Shown here one piece after another: positions 31,880 through 41,168 of a stretch of 64,000 nucleotides of DNA; within the stretch, counting starts at the first letter, position 1, and each line of letters opens with the position of its first letter. Origin of the DNA: Acidimicrobiia bacterium (GTDB taxonomy: Bacteria > Actinomycetota > Acidimicrobiia > Spongiisociales > ZC4RG35); NCBI GenBank assembly GCA_040878345.1, contig JBBDML010000009.1, positions 42,693 through 106,692 of the forward strand, in the 5' to 3' direction. Position numbers and translations under genes: made by a program. The notes under the pieces are model-generated. The model worked only from the letters and a program-made list of their open reading frames with translations. It was not told the DNA's origin and ran no database searches.

Positions 31880-32860
31880 TCAGGAGATCGAGTCGAGCAG
31901 ACCCAGACCATCGAGATCCACTCGTAGCGCCTCGAGTCGCTCGTCGGCGAGCGGGATCAGTGGCGGCCTCACCGGGCCTTGGGGCAGGCCCATCAACCCG
32001 AGCCAGGCCTTGAGCTCGGCGATCGGGATCGCCCCCTCGCCCTGTGCCAACCACTGGTCACGCATCCATCGCCCGAAGGCTGCCCGCTCGGCTTCGAGGG
32101 TGCCCTGCAGCTCCCAGGCCCCGGCGACATCCCCTGCGTCGGCCATCATCGTGTAGTCCCTTATCGGGAGTCGGCCGGGGGTCTGATACATGGCCAATGC
32201 CGGGGTCGACATCAGTGACCGGAACCCATGATCCAGGTGGAGACCGAGCCAATCGCCCTCATCGGCGTCGCATACCACGATCCGGTCGCCCACCAGGTCT
32301 TGCACCTCGAGCAGATGCTCCCTCGGCTTCGGGTTCTTTATCCCACAGACCGTCTCGAGATCACTCAGCTCGGCGATCAGCGCCGGGCTCAGGGCATATC
32401 CGGAGTACGAGGTGTTGAAGAGGAAGAAGGGCACAGAGGACTCCGAGGTGAGCCGTCGGTACCAGTCGCGGACGATGTCGTCGGAGGGCTTGATCGGGAA
32501 GTAGGGGTTCATCGCGATCACGAAGTCGGCGCCGATCTGCTCGGCGTGACGACTCAGCTGGGCGGCCTCGGAATATGTGTGATGGCCGATGTGGGCCATG
32601 ATCGGCACTCTTCCAGCTGCTGCGCTCACGACGAGCTCGTGGACACGGGCTCGCTCCTCGACGGTCATCGCCCAGAACTCGCCCATCACGCCCCCGCAGA
32701 AGATGCCGTCGACGGCGAGACCCTCTATGTAGTAGTCGACCGACTTGCGAAGTACCCCCTCGTCGATCCCCCCGGCCGAGGTGAACGGTGTGGGGATCGC
32801 GATCCACAACCCCCTGACCTTCTGGAATGCGACCTCCTTGGCCGCGCTGAGCGCTGTCAT
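31880..32860 (-). CDS. Dihydrodipicolinate synthase family aldolase/lyase
   Basis: IPTPF, GVMGEF, GIKN Schiff-base Lys, GPVRPP. Confidence 0.85.
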   Translation of the reverse strand: MTALSAAKEVAFQKVRGLWIAIPTPFTSAGGIDEGVLRKSVDYYIEGLAVDGIFCGGVMGEFWAMTVEERARVHELVVSAAAGRVPIMAHIGHHTYSEAAQLSRHAEQIGADFVIAMNPYFPIKPSDDIVRDWYRRLTSESSVPFFLFNTSYSGYALSPALIAELSDLETVCGIKNPKPREHLLEVQDLVGDRIVVCDADEGDWLGLHLDHGFRSLMSTPALAMYQTPGRLPIRDYTMMADAGDVAGAWELQGTLEAERAAFGRWMRDQWLAQGEGAIPIAELKAWLGLMGLPQGPVRPPLIPLADERLEALRVDLDGLGLLDSIS

Positions 32861-32940
32861 GTCGGGTCTCCTCTCCTCGCACGGGAGCCGTATGGCGCCT
32901 ACGAACGGGCCCGCCCGGAGCCGGCACCGGGTACGCGACG

Positions 32941-32991
32941 CTAGTGGCCCGGCGCCCAAATAGCTACGCATCAATTGAGCGACAGACCACT
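32941..32991 (-). repeat. ~50-bp palindromic REP/MITE-like element, copy 1
   Basis: 32941-32990 is the reverse complement of 51611-51660 at 48/50 positions; imperfect terminal inverted repeats beginning CTAGTGG. Confidence 0.75.
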
Positions 32992-32995
32992 GTCA

Positions 32996-33011
32996 GCACA
33001 TACGTTTGTGC
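32996..33011. promoter_or_regulatory. Putative LacI operator GCACATACGTTTGTGC
   Basis: Near-perfect 16-bp palindrome between the divergent DHDPS-like genes. Confidence 0.55.
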
Positions 33012-33047
33012 GGGCGACAGGAGGCGATCTGTACGCGGCAACCCCCC

Positions 33048-34064
33048 ATGCAGTCCGAGTACACCAGATCGGAGGCCAAGAGCTGGGCGCGGGAGACGTT
33101 CCACGGGGCCTGCAACGTGATCATCCCCTCCTACACCTCCGACCTGAGGGCACTCAACGAGGCCGCCATCCGGCATGACGTTCGACGAAACATCGAGTTG
33201 GGGTTCTGGGGCGCCTTGTTGGTCTCGGAGGCGGGGAGCACTCTCGACGAGATGCGCCGGTTCATCGAGATCGCCGTGGACGAGGCCGAGGGCCGGCATC
33301 GATTCCTCCTCCAGGGGGTCTTCGACACCGCGGACGACATCGTCTCGATGGCCAACGACGCCGGCGCCCTCGGTGTGGACGGAATGCTCCTCGGGCACCC
33401 CAACAGCTTCTACCCGACATCTGCCCAGCAGGTCGAGGACTACACCGTCGAGATCTGCGAGGCAACCGACCTGGCGGTCGTCCTATTCGTCGTCGAGCAC
33501 TCCAATCTGAGACGTCTCGACGTCCGTGGCTTCCCCGCCGACGTTCTCGAGCGGTTGACCAAGGTGGACACGATCGTGGCCGTCAAGTACGAGCTGGGCC
33601 GCCAGCAGACCACCAACACCTATGAGACCTTCCGCCGCCTCGAGAGCGCAGACGTCCTGCTCTCCGATCCCATGGAGTTCAACGCCCCCATGTGGGTCGA
33701 CATCTTCGGCATGCAATGGATGGGCACGAGCAACTACGAGTACTACGGGTCGTATGTCCCCCGGCTTCTCGGGCTGCTCCGCGGAGGCGACACCCAACGG
33801 GCCATGGAGGAGTACTGGGGCATCCAGCCCGCCCGCGACGCCCGCTCGACGACGATGAGCTCCGGTGGCGCCAACTTCGTGCACCGCTATCTCTGGAAGT
33901 TCCAAGCCTGGCTCAACGGATACAACGGCGGGCCGATTCGCCAGCCGGCGATGAAGCTGTCGGAGAGCCAGATGAGGTCTTCAGCCGATGGGTTGCGCAA
34001 AGCGGGCATCGCCGACACCGACGAGCCCTTCGCCGAGTTCTTCGTCGGACGCAACCCCGCCTAG
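33048..34064 (+). CDS. Divergent dihydrodipicolinate synthase family protein
   Basis: VIIPSY, AAIRHDVRRNIELGF, AVKYE Lys, NGGPIRQP; lacks GxxGE. Confidence 0.75.
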   Translation: MQSEYTRSEAKSWARETFHGACNVIIPSYTSDLRALNEAAIRHDVRRNIELGFWGALLVSEAGSTLDEMRRFIEIAVDEAEGRHRFLLQGVFDTADDIVSMANDAGALGVDGMLLGHPNSFYPTSAQQVEDYTVEICEATDLAVVLFVVEHSNLRRLDVRGFPADVLERLTKVDTIVAVKYELGRQQTTNTYETFRRLESADVLLSDPMEFNAPMWVDIFGMQWMGTSNYEYYGSYVPRLLGLLRGGDTQRAMEEYWGIQPARDARSTTMSSGGANFVHRYLWKFQAWLNGYNGGPIRQPAMKLSESQMRSSADGLRKAGIADTDEPFAEFFVGRNPA

Positions 34065-34067
34065 GCA

Positions 34068-35048
34068 ATGCGAATCCTCGACGCCGCCGCCGTCGAGGCC
34101 CTTATCGACGACCGCATGGTGCTCGAGACCATGGGCGAGCTCTTCTCCCTCCCCTTTGCGGAGATCGGCTACGGCCGTATCGATCTGACGCATCCCACTG
34201 GTTGGCTCCGCTCTCTGCCTGCCTTCATCGAAAGCAAGGACCTCCTCGGCTTCAAGGTGCTGCATCGGACCCAAGGTGTCGGCATGCGATACACGATCTA
34301 TGTCCACAGGCTGAGCACCGGCGAGTTGATGGGCATCGTCGACGGGCTCGAGGTCACCAACCTGCGCACCGGGGCCGTCTCCGCCTTGGCCACCGATCAT
34401 CTGGCTCGACCGGATGTCGAAGTCGCCGCCATCGTGGGCACCGGCCCCGTCGCTCGCGGTCAGCTGCGGGCGATCGAGTTGGTTCGTCCTGCCGCCGAGA
34501 TCAGGGTGTTCGCCCCCACCCCCGAGAATCGGGCGGCGTTCGTGGCCGACATGGCAAGCCTCGTCGAGGGCCGACTCGTCGAGGCGGCCAACCTGGAAGA
34601 GGCCCTCGAAGGAGCGACGCTGGTCACACTGGCGACCAAGGCAAGCGCGCCCGTCCTCCTCGCCGAGCACCTCCGACCCGGGATGCACGTCAATTCGGTC
34701 GGCCCGGCGAGCCGCGACCGCGTCGAGGTCGATCCCGCGGTGTTCGCGAGGTTCGATCGGGTGGTGTGCGACTCGGCCGAGTTGGTGCTCGAGGAGGCAG
34801 GAGACGCCTTCTCGGCCGTCACGGACCACGGTCTCGACCGGAAGCGGGCAGAGGAGCTGACCGCCGTCGTCACCGGGCGTGCCGCCGGTCGGGTGAGCAA
34901 CGACGAGATCACCCTCTTCAAGTCGGTCGGCACCGGGGCACAGGACCTGATCGTGGCCTCCCGTCTCCTCGGCCTCGCCGCCGACGCCGGGGTGGGCACC
35001 ATCGTCGGCGATGTGAACTCGATCAAGCCCGCCCTCCCAGGGGGCTGA
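34068..35048 (+). CDS. Ornithine cyclodeaminase/mu-crystallin family protein
   Basis: LRTGAVS, VGTGPVA, HVNSVG, TLFKSVGTGAQD. Confidence 0.9.
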   Translation: MRILDAAAVEALIDDRMVLETMGELFSLPFAEIGYGRIDLTHPTGWLRSLPAFIESKDLLGFKVLHRTQGVGMRYTIYVHRLSTGELMGIVDGLEVTNLRTGAVSALATDHLARPDVEVAAIVGTGPVARGQLRAIELVRPAAEIRVFAPTPENRAAFVADMASLVEGRLVEAANLEEALEGATLVTLATKASAPVLLAEHLRPGMHVNSVGPASRDRVEVDPAVFARFDRVVCDSAELVLEEAGDAFSAVTDHGLDRKRAEELTAVVTGRAAGRVSNDEITLFKSVGTGAQDLIVASRLLGLAADAGVGTIVGDVNSIKPALPGG

Positions 35049-35087
35049 CCCTGACCGGTTGGTGATGGCCGGAATAGGGTCGTCCCG

Positions 35088-36096
35088 ATGATCGACGATC
35101 TCTATCCGAGGTTCAGCGAGAAGGAGTTGGCGCGACGCCGCCAGTCCATCGTCGAATTGATGGGATCCGCAGGGGTTTCACATCTCGTTGCCTATGGCGC
35201 CGAGCGCGTGGGGTCCGCCGTGCCCTGGCTCACGGAGTGGCCGGTCACCACGGAGGCTGTCTTGCTGTTCACGCCAGAGGAGACACCTCGGCTTCTGGTT
35301 CAGCATTACAACCACTTGCCCAATGCGCGAAGAATCGCCTCCGACTGCGAGGTGGAGTGGGGTGGGCCGTCCACCCTCGCCCGGCTCGAAGAGTTGCTTC
35401 GGGCGCGGGTCACACCGGGTCGGCGAGTCGGGGTGTTGGGCCCGCTGCGCCATCGAAGCCACCTCAGGCTGGAGGGGTCGGTGGGCGAGTTGGTGGAGCT
35501 CGACGCCGAGTACCAGCGACTGCGTCTGGTCAAGTCGCCCGAAGAGATCGAGAGGCTGGAGGTGGCCGCCAGGCTCTCGGATCAGGCAGTGGGCGCCATC
35601 GTCGAACAGGTCGAGGTGGGGATGGACGAGCGCCGGCTGGCGGCGCTGTGAGATCAGCGCCGCCTATTGGGGTTACGCCGCCCAGGTTTTGCGAAGCTTC
35701 ACGATCGCCGCCGAACCGACCCCGCTGTTCGTCGATCTCCATAAGGCCGCCGACGCCGCGTTCGATGCCATCGCCTCGGTGGTTCGTCCCGGCGCCCACG
35801 CCGCCGACCTCGTGGAAGCGTCCGGGGTGATCGAAGAGATGGGGTTCACCATCTACGACGACCTGGTCCACGGATATGGGGGCGGGTACCTCCCTCCGGT
35901 CCTCGGTAGCAGGAGCCGCCCCAACCTGCCCATACCCGACCTCACCCTCGAGGAAGGGATGGCCCTCGTCATCCAGCCCAACGTGATCACCACAGACGAG
36001 CGCGCCGGGGTACAGACCGGGCATCTCGTCGTCGTGACCGCAGACGGGCACCGGTCCCTGCATGACGTTCCTCGCGGTCTCATCAGGGTCGCCTGA
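35088..36096 (+). pseudogene. M24-fold hydrolase interrupted by an internal deletion/frameshift at ~35650
   Basis: Frame 1 (FSEKELARR...VKSPEEIE...RRLAAL*) stops at 35651; another frame continues EISAAYWGY...HGYGG...VIQPN; ~45 codons missing relative to paralog 30576-31850. Confidence 0.8.
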
Positions 36097-36239
36097 CCTT
36101 GCGGGTCCTGCTCTCGAGCCCGAGCATCGTGGTCACGTCGACGTCTATCGTCGTGAGGTGAATCGACGATCCCGCTCGGGTCCAGGAGGCCGGTATACCT
36201 GTCTGAGGAGGGTGCTGTGACGTCGAGGAGAGACAACTG

Positions 36240-36286
36240 GAATCGGTTGCAGTCCGCCGCGTCGCTGGTTAGCGTGCAAACGATTG
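36240..36286. promoter_or_regulatory. Two putative LacI operators (GAATCGGTTG 36240-36249; CAAACGATTG 36277-36286) with TAGCGT -10-like box
   Basis: Upstream of the peptide-type SBP gene. Confidence 0.5.
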
Positions 36287-36336
36287 GGCTGACGATTGAG
36301 CCTGTTCGTGCGGAGACAAAATTGAGGAGGACTCCC

Positions 36337-38010
36337 GTGAGACGAGAATCGATTGCGTGGAGGATGTTGGCTTTGTGTGCCGTCCTTGCGCTGGTCGTAG
36401 CGGCGTGTGGCGATTCGACCACCGATACGACAACCGCCACCGGGGGTGATGTCCCCAACCCGAATGTGCTGGTGGCCACGGTGAACGACGACGTCTTCAA
36501 CCTCGATCCCGCCGCAGTGGGCGGGAACGACGTCGGCATGAACGTGATCCTCAACGTCTACGACCGACTCCTCTTCATATCCGCGGACGACGGCTCGGTG
36601 ATTCCTTCCCTGGCGACCGAGGTCCCCAGCCAGGACAACGGGTTGATCTCCGATGACGGGCTCACCTACACCTTCCCGCTCCGAGATGACGTTGTCTTCT
36701 CCGACGGGACGGACATGACCGCCGAGGACGTCAAGTACTCGTGGGATCGCGTCGTGGAGATGGCGCTTCCGGAGGGGCAATCCGAGCTCTTCAACAACGT
36801 GGCCGAGACCAGCGTGGTCGACGAATTCACCTTCGAGGTGACCTTGAGCACGGTGGATGCCTCTTTCCTCGCCTTTCTGGCCGCCCACCCGGCGGCGTCT
36901 GTAATCAGCCAGGATGCAGTCGAGGCCAACGGTGGGGTGGTCGCCGGCCAGCCCAACGAGTACATGGCCCAGAACATGGTGGGGACCGGTCCCTACACCC
37001 TGGCCTCGTGGGAGCGCGGTGACCGGATGACCTTCGACATCAATCCCGACTACTGGGGTGAGCCCGCCAAGCTGCCGGTGCGTTGGGAGTTGATCGTCGA
37101 CTCACCGGCCACGGGTCTTCAGGCGAAGGAGTACGACATCGTCGACATCAGCCCCACAGACGTGCCGTCGATCTTGCCCATCGAGCATGCGGTGGTCGAC
37201 ACCGACATCCTCGACCTCCAGGTGCTCCAGATCGGCATGAACATGAACATCGCCGAGGGAGTGCTACCCGACGGTGACACCATCCCCCTGGACTTCTTCC
37301 AGGACGTTCGGGTGCGACAGGCGTTCAACTACGCCTTCGACTATCAGGGGTACGTCGACGGGATCCTGGGCGGTCTCGGTGGTCGCAACAGCTTCATCCT
37401 CCCGGTGGAGATGTACGGATACGATTCCGACGCCCCGATCTACGAGCACAATCCGGAAGAGGCCGAGAGGCTGTTCCGCGAGGCCGGGTACTGGGATGAG
37501 GGATTCACGATCTCGATAGCCAGCGACCAGACCCATGAGGGGTTCACGGGCGCCGCTCTCACCCTGAAGGACAGCGTCGAGGCACTCAACCCGAACTTCC
37601 ACGTCAACGTGATGGCGGTCCCGGAAGCCCAATTCGACGAGATCCTGGCGAGCGACCCGTTGCCGATTGCGATGTGGTCGTACACCAGCTCGCAGTACAG
37701 CACCCCGGACGCCTACCTGTTCGACAGCGCTCTGTCGGACGGCCGGTATGGGGCGGTGAACAGCTTCGTGGACGGGTACTCCGACCCCGCGGCCATCGAC
37801 GCCCTGATCAATTCCGCCCGCACCACATTGGACGAGGCGCAGCGTCTGGAGATCTTCTCCGAGATCCAGCAAGTCCTCTATGAGGAGGCCATGTGGATCA
37901 TGCCCGCCAACGAGGGCGCTCCCTCCGCAAGCGGAGACTGGGTGACGGGTCATGTCGAGAACCCGATGTGGGCCCGCCCGTCCCAGTACTGGGCCCTCTA
38001 CGGCAAGTGA
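36337..38010 (+). CDS. Peptide/nickel-type ABC transporter substrate-binding lipoprotein (family 5)
   Basis: Lipobox VVAAC, NLDPA, YTFPLRDDVVFSDG, GTGPY, DVRVRQAF; GAGGAGG RBS. Confidence 0.92.
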   Translation: MRRESIAWRMLALCAVLALVVAACGDSTTDTTTATGGDVPNPNVLVATVNDDVFNLDPAAVGGNDVGMNVILNVYDRLLFISADDGSVIPSLATEVPSQDNGLISDDGLTYTFPLRDDVVFSDGTDMTAEDVKYSWDRVVEMALPEGQSELFNNVAETSVVDEFTFEVTLSTVDASFLAFLAAHPAASVISQDAVEANGGVVAGQPNEYMAQNMVGTGPYTLASWERGDRMTFDINPDYWGEPAKLPVRWELIVDSPATGLQAKEYDIVDISPTDVPSILPIEHAVVDTDILDLQVLQIGMNMNIAEGVLPDGDTIPLDFFQDVRVRQAFNYAFDYQGYVDGILGGLGGRNSFILPVEMYGYDSDAPIYEHNPEEAERLFREAGYWDEGFTISIASDQTHEGFTGAALTLKDSVEALNPNFHVNVMAVPEAQFDEILASDPLPIAMWSYTSSQYSTPDAYLFDSALSDGRYGAVNSFVDGYSDPAAIDALINSARTTLDEAQRLEIFSEIQQVLYEEAMWIMPANEGAPSASGDWVTGHVENPMWARPSQYWALYGK

Positions 38011-38059
38011 GATAGATCGATCGAGACTTCGAGTGGCACCGGGTGCCCGAAGTGCATGG

Positions 38060-38094
38060 CACCGCCGGACGGGATCAGCTCCCGTCCGGCGGTG
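38060..38094. terminator. 15-bp perfect stem-loop after the SBP gene (attenuator or mRNA stabiliser)
   Basis: CACCGCCGGACGGGA-TCAGC-TCCCGTCCGGCGGTG. Confidence 0.65.
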
Positions 38095-38154
38095 TTGTCG
38101 GGGTGACCCGGTTCGCAGGGCGGCCACGTAGACTCCCCACAGGAAGTCTGAAGC

Positions 38155-39165
38155 GTGCATAGGTACATAGCGCGACGGTTGCTGGCCCTTCCCTTCGTGA
38201 TCCTGGTCGTCAGCATCCTCGTCTTCTCGATGACCCGCCTCGGCGGCACCACCATCGGCCCCTACCTGGAGCCGGGAATGACCCACGAGGAGATAGCCGC
38301 CCTGGAGGAGCGCTTCAATCTCGACGAGCCGGTGCCCATGCAATATCTGGCGTGGCTCGGTGGGGTGGTCCGGGGTGAGCTCGGTTGGTCGGCGGTCGCC
38401 GCGGCACCTGTGGTGGACGTCTTCCGGACCAAGATCCCCGCATCGTTCGAGCTGGGGGCCGTCGCCGCCTTGTGGGCGGTCACCCTGGGGATCGGTATGG
38501 GCACATTCGCCGCCAGGCGTCGCAACCGAATGCCGGATCAGGTCACCAGTGTGATAGCCGTCGGTGGGGCCAGCATGCCCACCTTCTGGCTCGGGATCGT
38601 CCTGCTCATCATCTTCTGGTCCTATCTCGGCTGGTTCCCGCATGGGAGATCCAATCATGAGATATGGGCGAGCATGGCCCATCCGACCGGCTTCTACGTG
38701 ATCGACTCCATCATCGCCGGCCGTCTCGACGGTGTCAGGGACGCCCTCTGGCACCTCGTGTTGCCCGCCCTGACGTTGGGCTACGGCGCCCTCGGGATCG
38801 TGACCAGGATGATGCGCTCCTCGCTCCTGGAGGAGATGGGCAAGGACTACGTCGACGCGGCCCGGGCTCGCGGGCTCCCGGAGCGACTCGTGGTCCGCCG
38901 TCACGCCCGCCGCAATGCCTACATCCCCACCATAACGGTGATCGGTCTCTCCATCGGGATCATGTTCGAAGGAACCGTCGTGGTGGAGACGATCTTCGGC
39001 TGGCCGGGTCTGGGCAGCTGGATGGCCGCCTCGGTGCTGAGCGGTGACCAGGCCACCACACTCGCCTTCGTCATCTTCACCAGCATCCTCTTCCTGTGCA
39101 TCAACCTGCTCGTCGACGTCACCTACGGGTACCTGGACCGCCGCGTCGTGATGAGGAGGACCTGA
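38155..39165 (+). CDS. Peptide ABC transporter permease (DppB-like)
   Basis: YIARRLL, SMPTFWLG, DYVDAARARG, ETIFGWPGLG. Confidence 0.92.
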   Translation: MHRYIARRLLALPFVILVVSILVFSMTRLGGTTIGPYLEPGMTHEEIAALEERFNLDEPVPMQYLAWLGGVVRGELGWSAVAAAPVVDVFRTKIPASFELGAVAALWAVTLGIGMGTFAARRRNRMPDQVTSVIAVGGASMPTFWLGIVLLIIFWSYLGWFPHGRSNHEIWASMAHPTGFYVIDSIIAGRLDGVRDALWHLVLPALTLGYGALGIVTRMMRSSLLEEMGKDYVDAARARGLPERLVVRRHARRNAYIPTITVIGLSIGIMFEGTVVVETIFGWPGLGSWMAASVLSGDQATTLAFVIFTSILFLCINLLVDVTYGYLDRRVVMRRT

Positions 39166-39167
39166 GC

Positions 39168-40097
39168 ATGTGGTTCCAGGCGGTTCGTGCCGAGAGGGCG
39201 CCACGGGTGCTCCGTGACACCCCGGTGAGGGTCAAGGCGCGTCGTTTAGGGGCGACGACCGCCGAGGTGTTCAGCCGTGGGAGCACGGCGTTCGGCGCCA
39301 CCCTGATCACCCTCATGCTGGGTATGGCGATCTTCGCTCCCCTGATCGTCGACGAGAATCCACGCGGCGCCTATCAGATGCCCCGTGACCTGAGTGCAGT
39401 CGCCGTCCCGCCCGGCACCGAAGGCCACCTACTCGGTACCACCCGCTTCGGTGGCGATGTCCTCTATGGCGTCGTCTGGGGAGCCCGTCTCTCACTGCAA
39501 CTGTCGTTGTACGTCGTGACAGGCGCCGTCCTCATGGGTCTGATCGTCGGCTGCACTGCTGGGATCGTGGGAGGAAAGGTCGATGCCATCCTGATGAGGA
39601 CGGTGGACGTCTTCTTGTCCATACCGACCCTGGTCTTCCCGTTGGCGATCGCCGCCATCCTCGGACCGTCATTCATCAACATCGTGGTGGCGTTGGCAGC
39701 CATCATGTGGGCGCGTTACGCCCGGATCATCCGCAGCCAGATCCTCCAGGTGCGTGAGGAGGACTACGTTGACGCGGCACGCGCCATCGGAGACTCAAAG
39801 TTCGGGATCATCCGACACGACATCCTGCCCAACTCCTTCACACCGGTGGCGGTGCAGGCGACCTTGGACATGGGTCACGCCGTGCTCCTGGGAGCAACCC
39901 TCGCCTTCATCGGGTTGGCCGTGGCCGGTCAGGCGGAATGGGGCACCCTGGTGAGCGAGGGTCAGGCCGACATCGTCGCGGGGAGATGGTGGACCTCCGT
40001 CTTCCCCGGGTTGATGGTGTTCTTGTGGGCCCTCTCCTTCAACCTCGTGGGTGACGGTCTGCGTGACGTCTTCGACCCACGCACCGAGGGGCGTTGA
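39168..40097 (+). CDS. Peptide ABC transporter permease (DppC-like)
   Basis: HLLGT, YVDAARAIG, EWG, FNLVGDGLRDVFDP. Confidence 0.92.
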   Translation: MWFQAVRAERAPRVLRDTPVRVKARRLGATTAEVFSRGSTAFGATLITLMLGMAIFAPLIVDENPRGAYQMPRDLSAVAVPPGTEGHLLGTTRFGGDVLYGVVWGARLSLQLSLYVVTGAVLMGLIVGCTAGIVGGKVDAILMRTVDVFLSIPTLVFPLAIAAILGPSFINIVVALAAIMWARYARIIRSQILQVREEDYVDAARAIGDSKFGIIRHDILPNSFTPVAVQATLDMGHAVLLGATLAFIGLAVAGQAEWGTLVSEGQADIVAGRWWTSVFPGLMVFLWALSFNLVGDGLRDVFDPRTEGR

Positions 40098-40144
40098 GGC
40101 TCAGCGGCACTCGATCCCGACACCGGTGCTGACCGGTCGGAAAC

Positions 40145-41149
40145 CTAGACGTCGATGCCTTCGAGGAGACGGGCGACGTTGCCCCCGAGGATGAGCCGTC
40201 GCTGCTCGTCGGATAACCCGGGGATGGTGTTCACGGTGTCCACGGGTGTCGGATCCCCCATGGGGAAGGGGTAGTCGGTCCCCATGACGACGTGGTCGGC
40301 GCCGACATGCTCGACGAGGAAGGCGAGCGGCGCCGGATCGTGGAGGACCGTGTCGTAGTAGAGCCGGCGTGCCAACTCGGAGGGCGGTGTCGAGATGTTC
40401 TGCGCCGCCAGCCTGGGCACCGCATCGAAGCCTCGCTGCATGCGACCCAGCTGGTATGGGAGGAAGCCGCCACCGTGCACCACGCAGATCACCAACCCGG
40501 GGTAACGCTCGAGGACGCCGCTGAAGAGGAGGTGCGCCACGGCGATGGTGCTCTCCGCAGGCCGGCCCACCATGTTGTCGAGGAAGTTGCGGGACAGGTC
40601 GACCCCGGATAGTGGGTCGCAGGGGTGGAGCACGACGAGACACCCCAGCCCCTCAGCCGCCTCCCAGAAGGGGTCGAGCCCGGCCCTGTCGAGATCGGTC
40701 CCGTCCACCGTGGTGGCGATCTGCACACCGGCCATCCCCAGATCCCTCACCGCGTAGTCCAGCTCCTCGGCGGCAAGTCGCGGATCCTGAAGCGGGATCG
40801 TCCCCACCGGAGTCAACCGATTCGGGTGTCGGCGGGCCTCGGCGGTGATGATCTCGTTGAACCGTCTCGAGTATTCGGCCCCGGCTCCCCCGTCGAGGGC
40901 GTATGCGGTGAGGTCGATCCAACCGGAGAGCAACTGGACGTCGACGCCGGTGGCGTCCATCGCGCCTATGCGAGCGTCCAGATCGGAGAGGGTGGGGTTG
41001 AAGGGCTGTAACCGCACCCGATCACCGATCACGGCGTACTCGCCCCGGCCATCATCTCTCAGCTCGATGCCGAGCCGGGAGCCCTCGGACCGCAGCATGT
41101 CGAGGAGCGGTCCCGGTATGCAATGGGCATGGATGTCATAGGTGGTCAT
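40145..41149 (-). CDS. Amidohydrolase family 2 protein (ACMSD-like decarboxylase/hydratase)
   Basis: DIHAH, VLHP, HGGGFLP, YYDT, GTDYPF. Confidence 0.88.
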   Translation of the reverse strand: MTTYDIHAHCIPGPLLDMLRSEGSRLGIELRDDGRGEYAVIGDRVRLQPFNPTLSDLDARIGAMDATGVDVQLLSGWIDLTAYALDGGAGAEYSRRFNEIITAEARRHPNRLTPVGTIPLQDPRLAAEELDYAVRDLGMAGVQIATTVDGTDLDRAGLDPFWEAAEGLGCLVVLHPCDPLSGVDLSRNFLDNMVGRPAESTIAVAHLLFSGVLERYPGLVICVVHGGGFLPYQLGRMQRGFDAVPRLAAQNISTPPSELARRLYYDTVLHDPAPLAFLVEHVGADHVVMGTDYPFPMGDPTPVDTVNTIPGLSDEQRRLILGGNVARLLEGIDV

Positions 41150-41168
41150 CGTCGCCTCCTCGAACGGG

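Noticed and set aside
37264-39204. Long antisense ORFs (e.g. 646 aa here, 519 aa at 19098-20657, 415 aa at 24639-25886)
   Set aside because: They lie opposite well-supported genes; typical high-GC shadow ORFs with no family motifs
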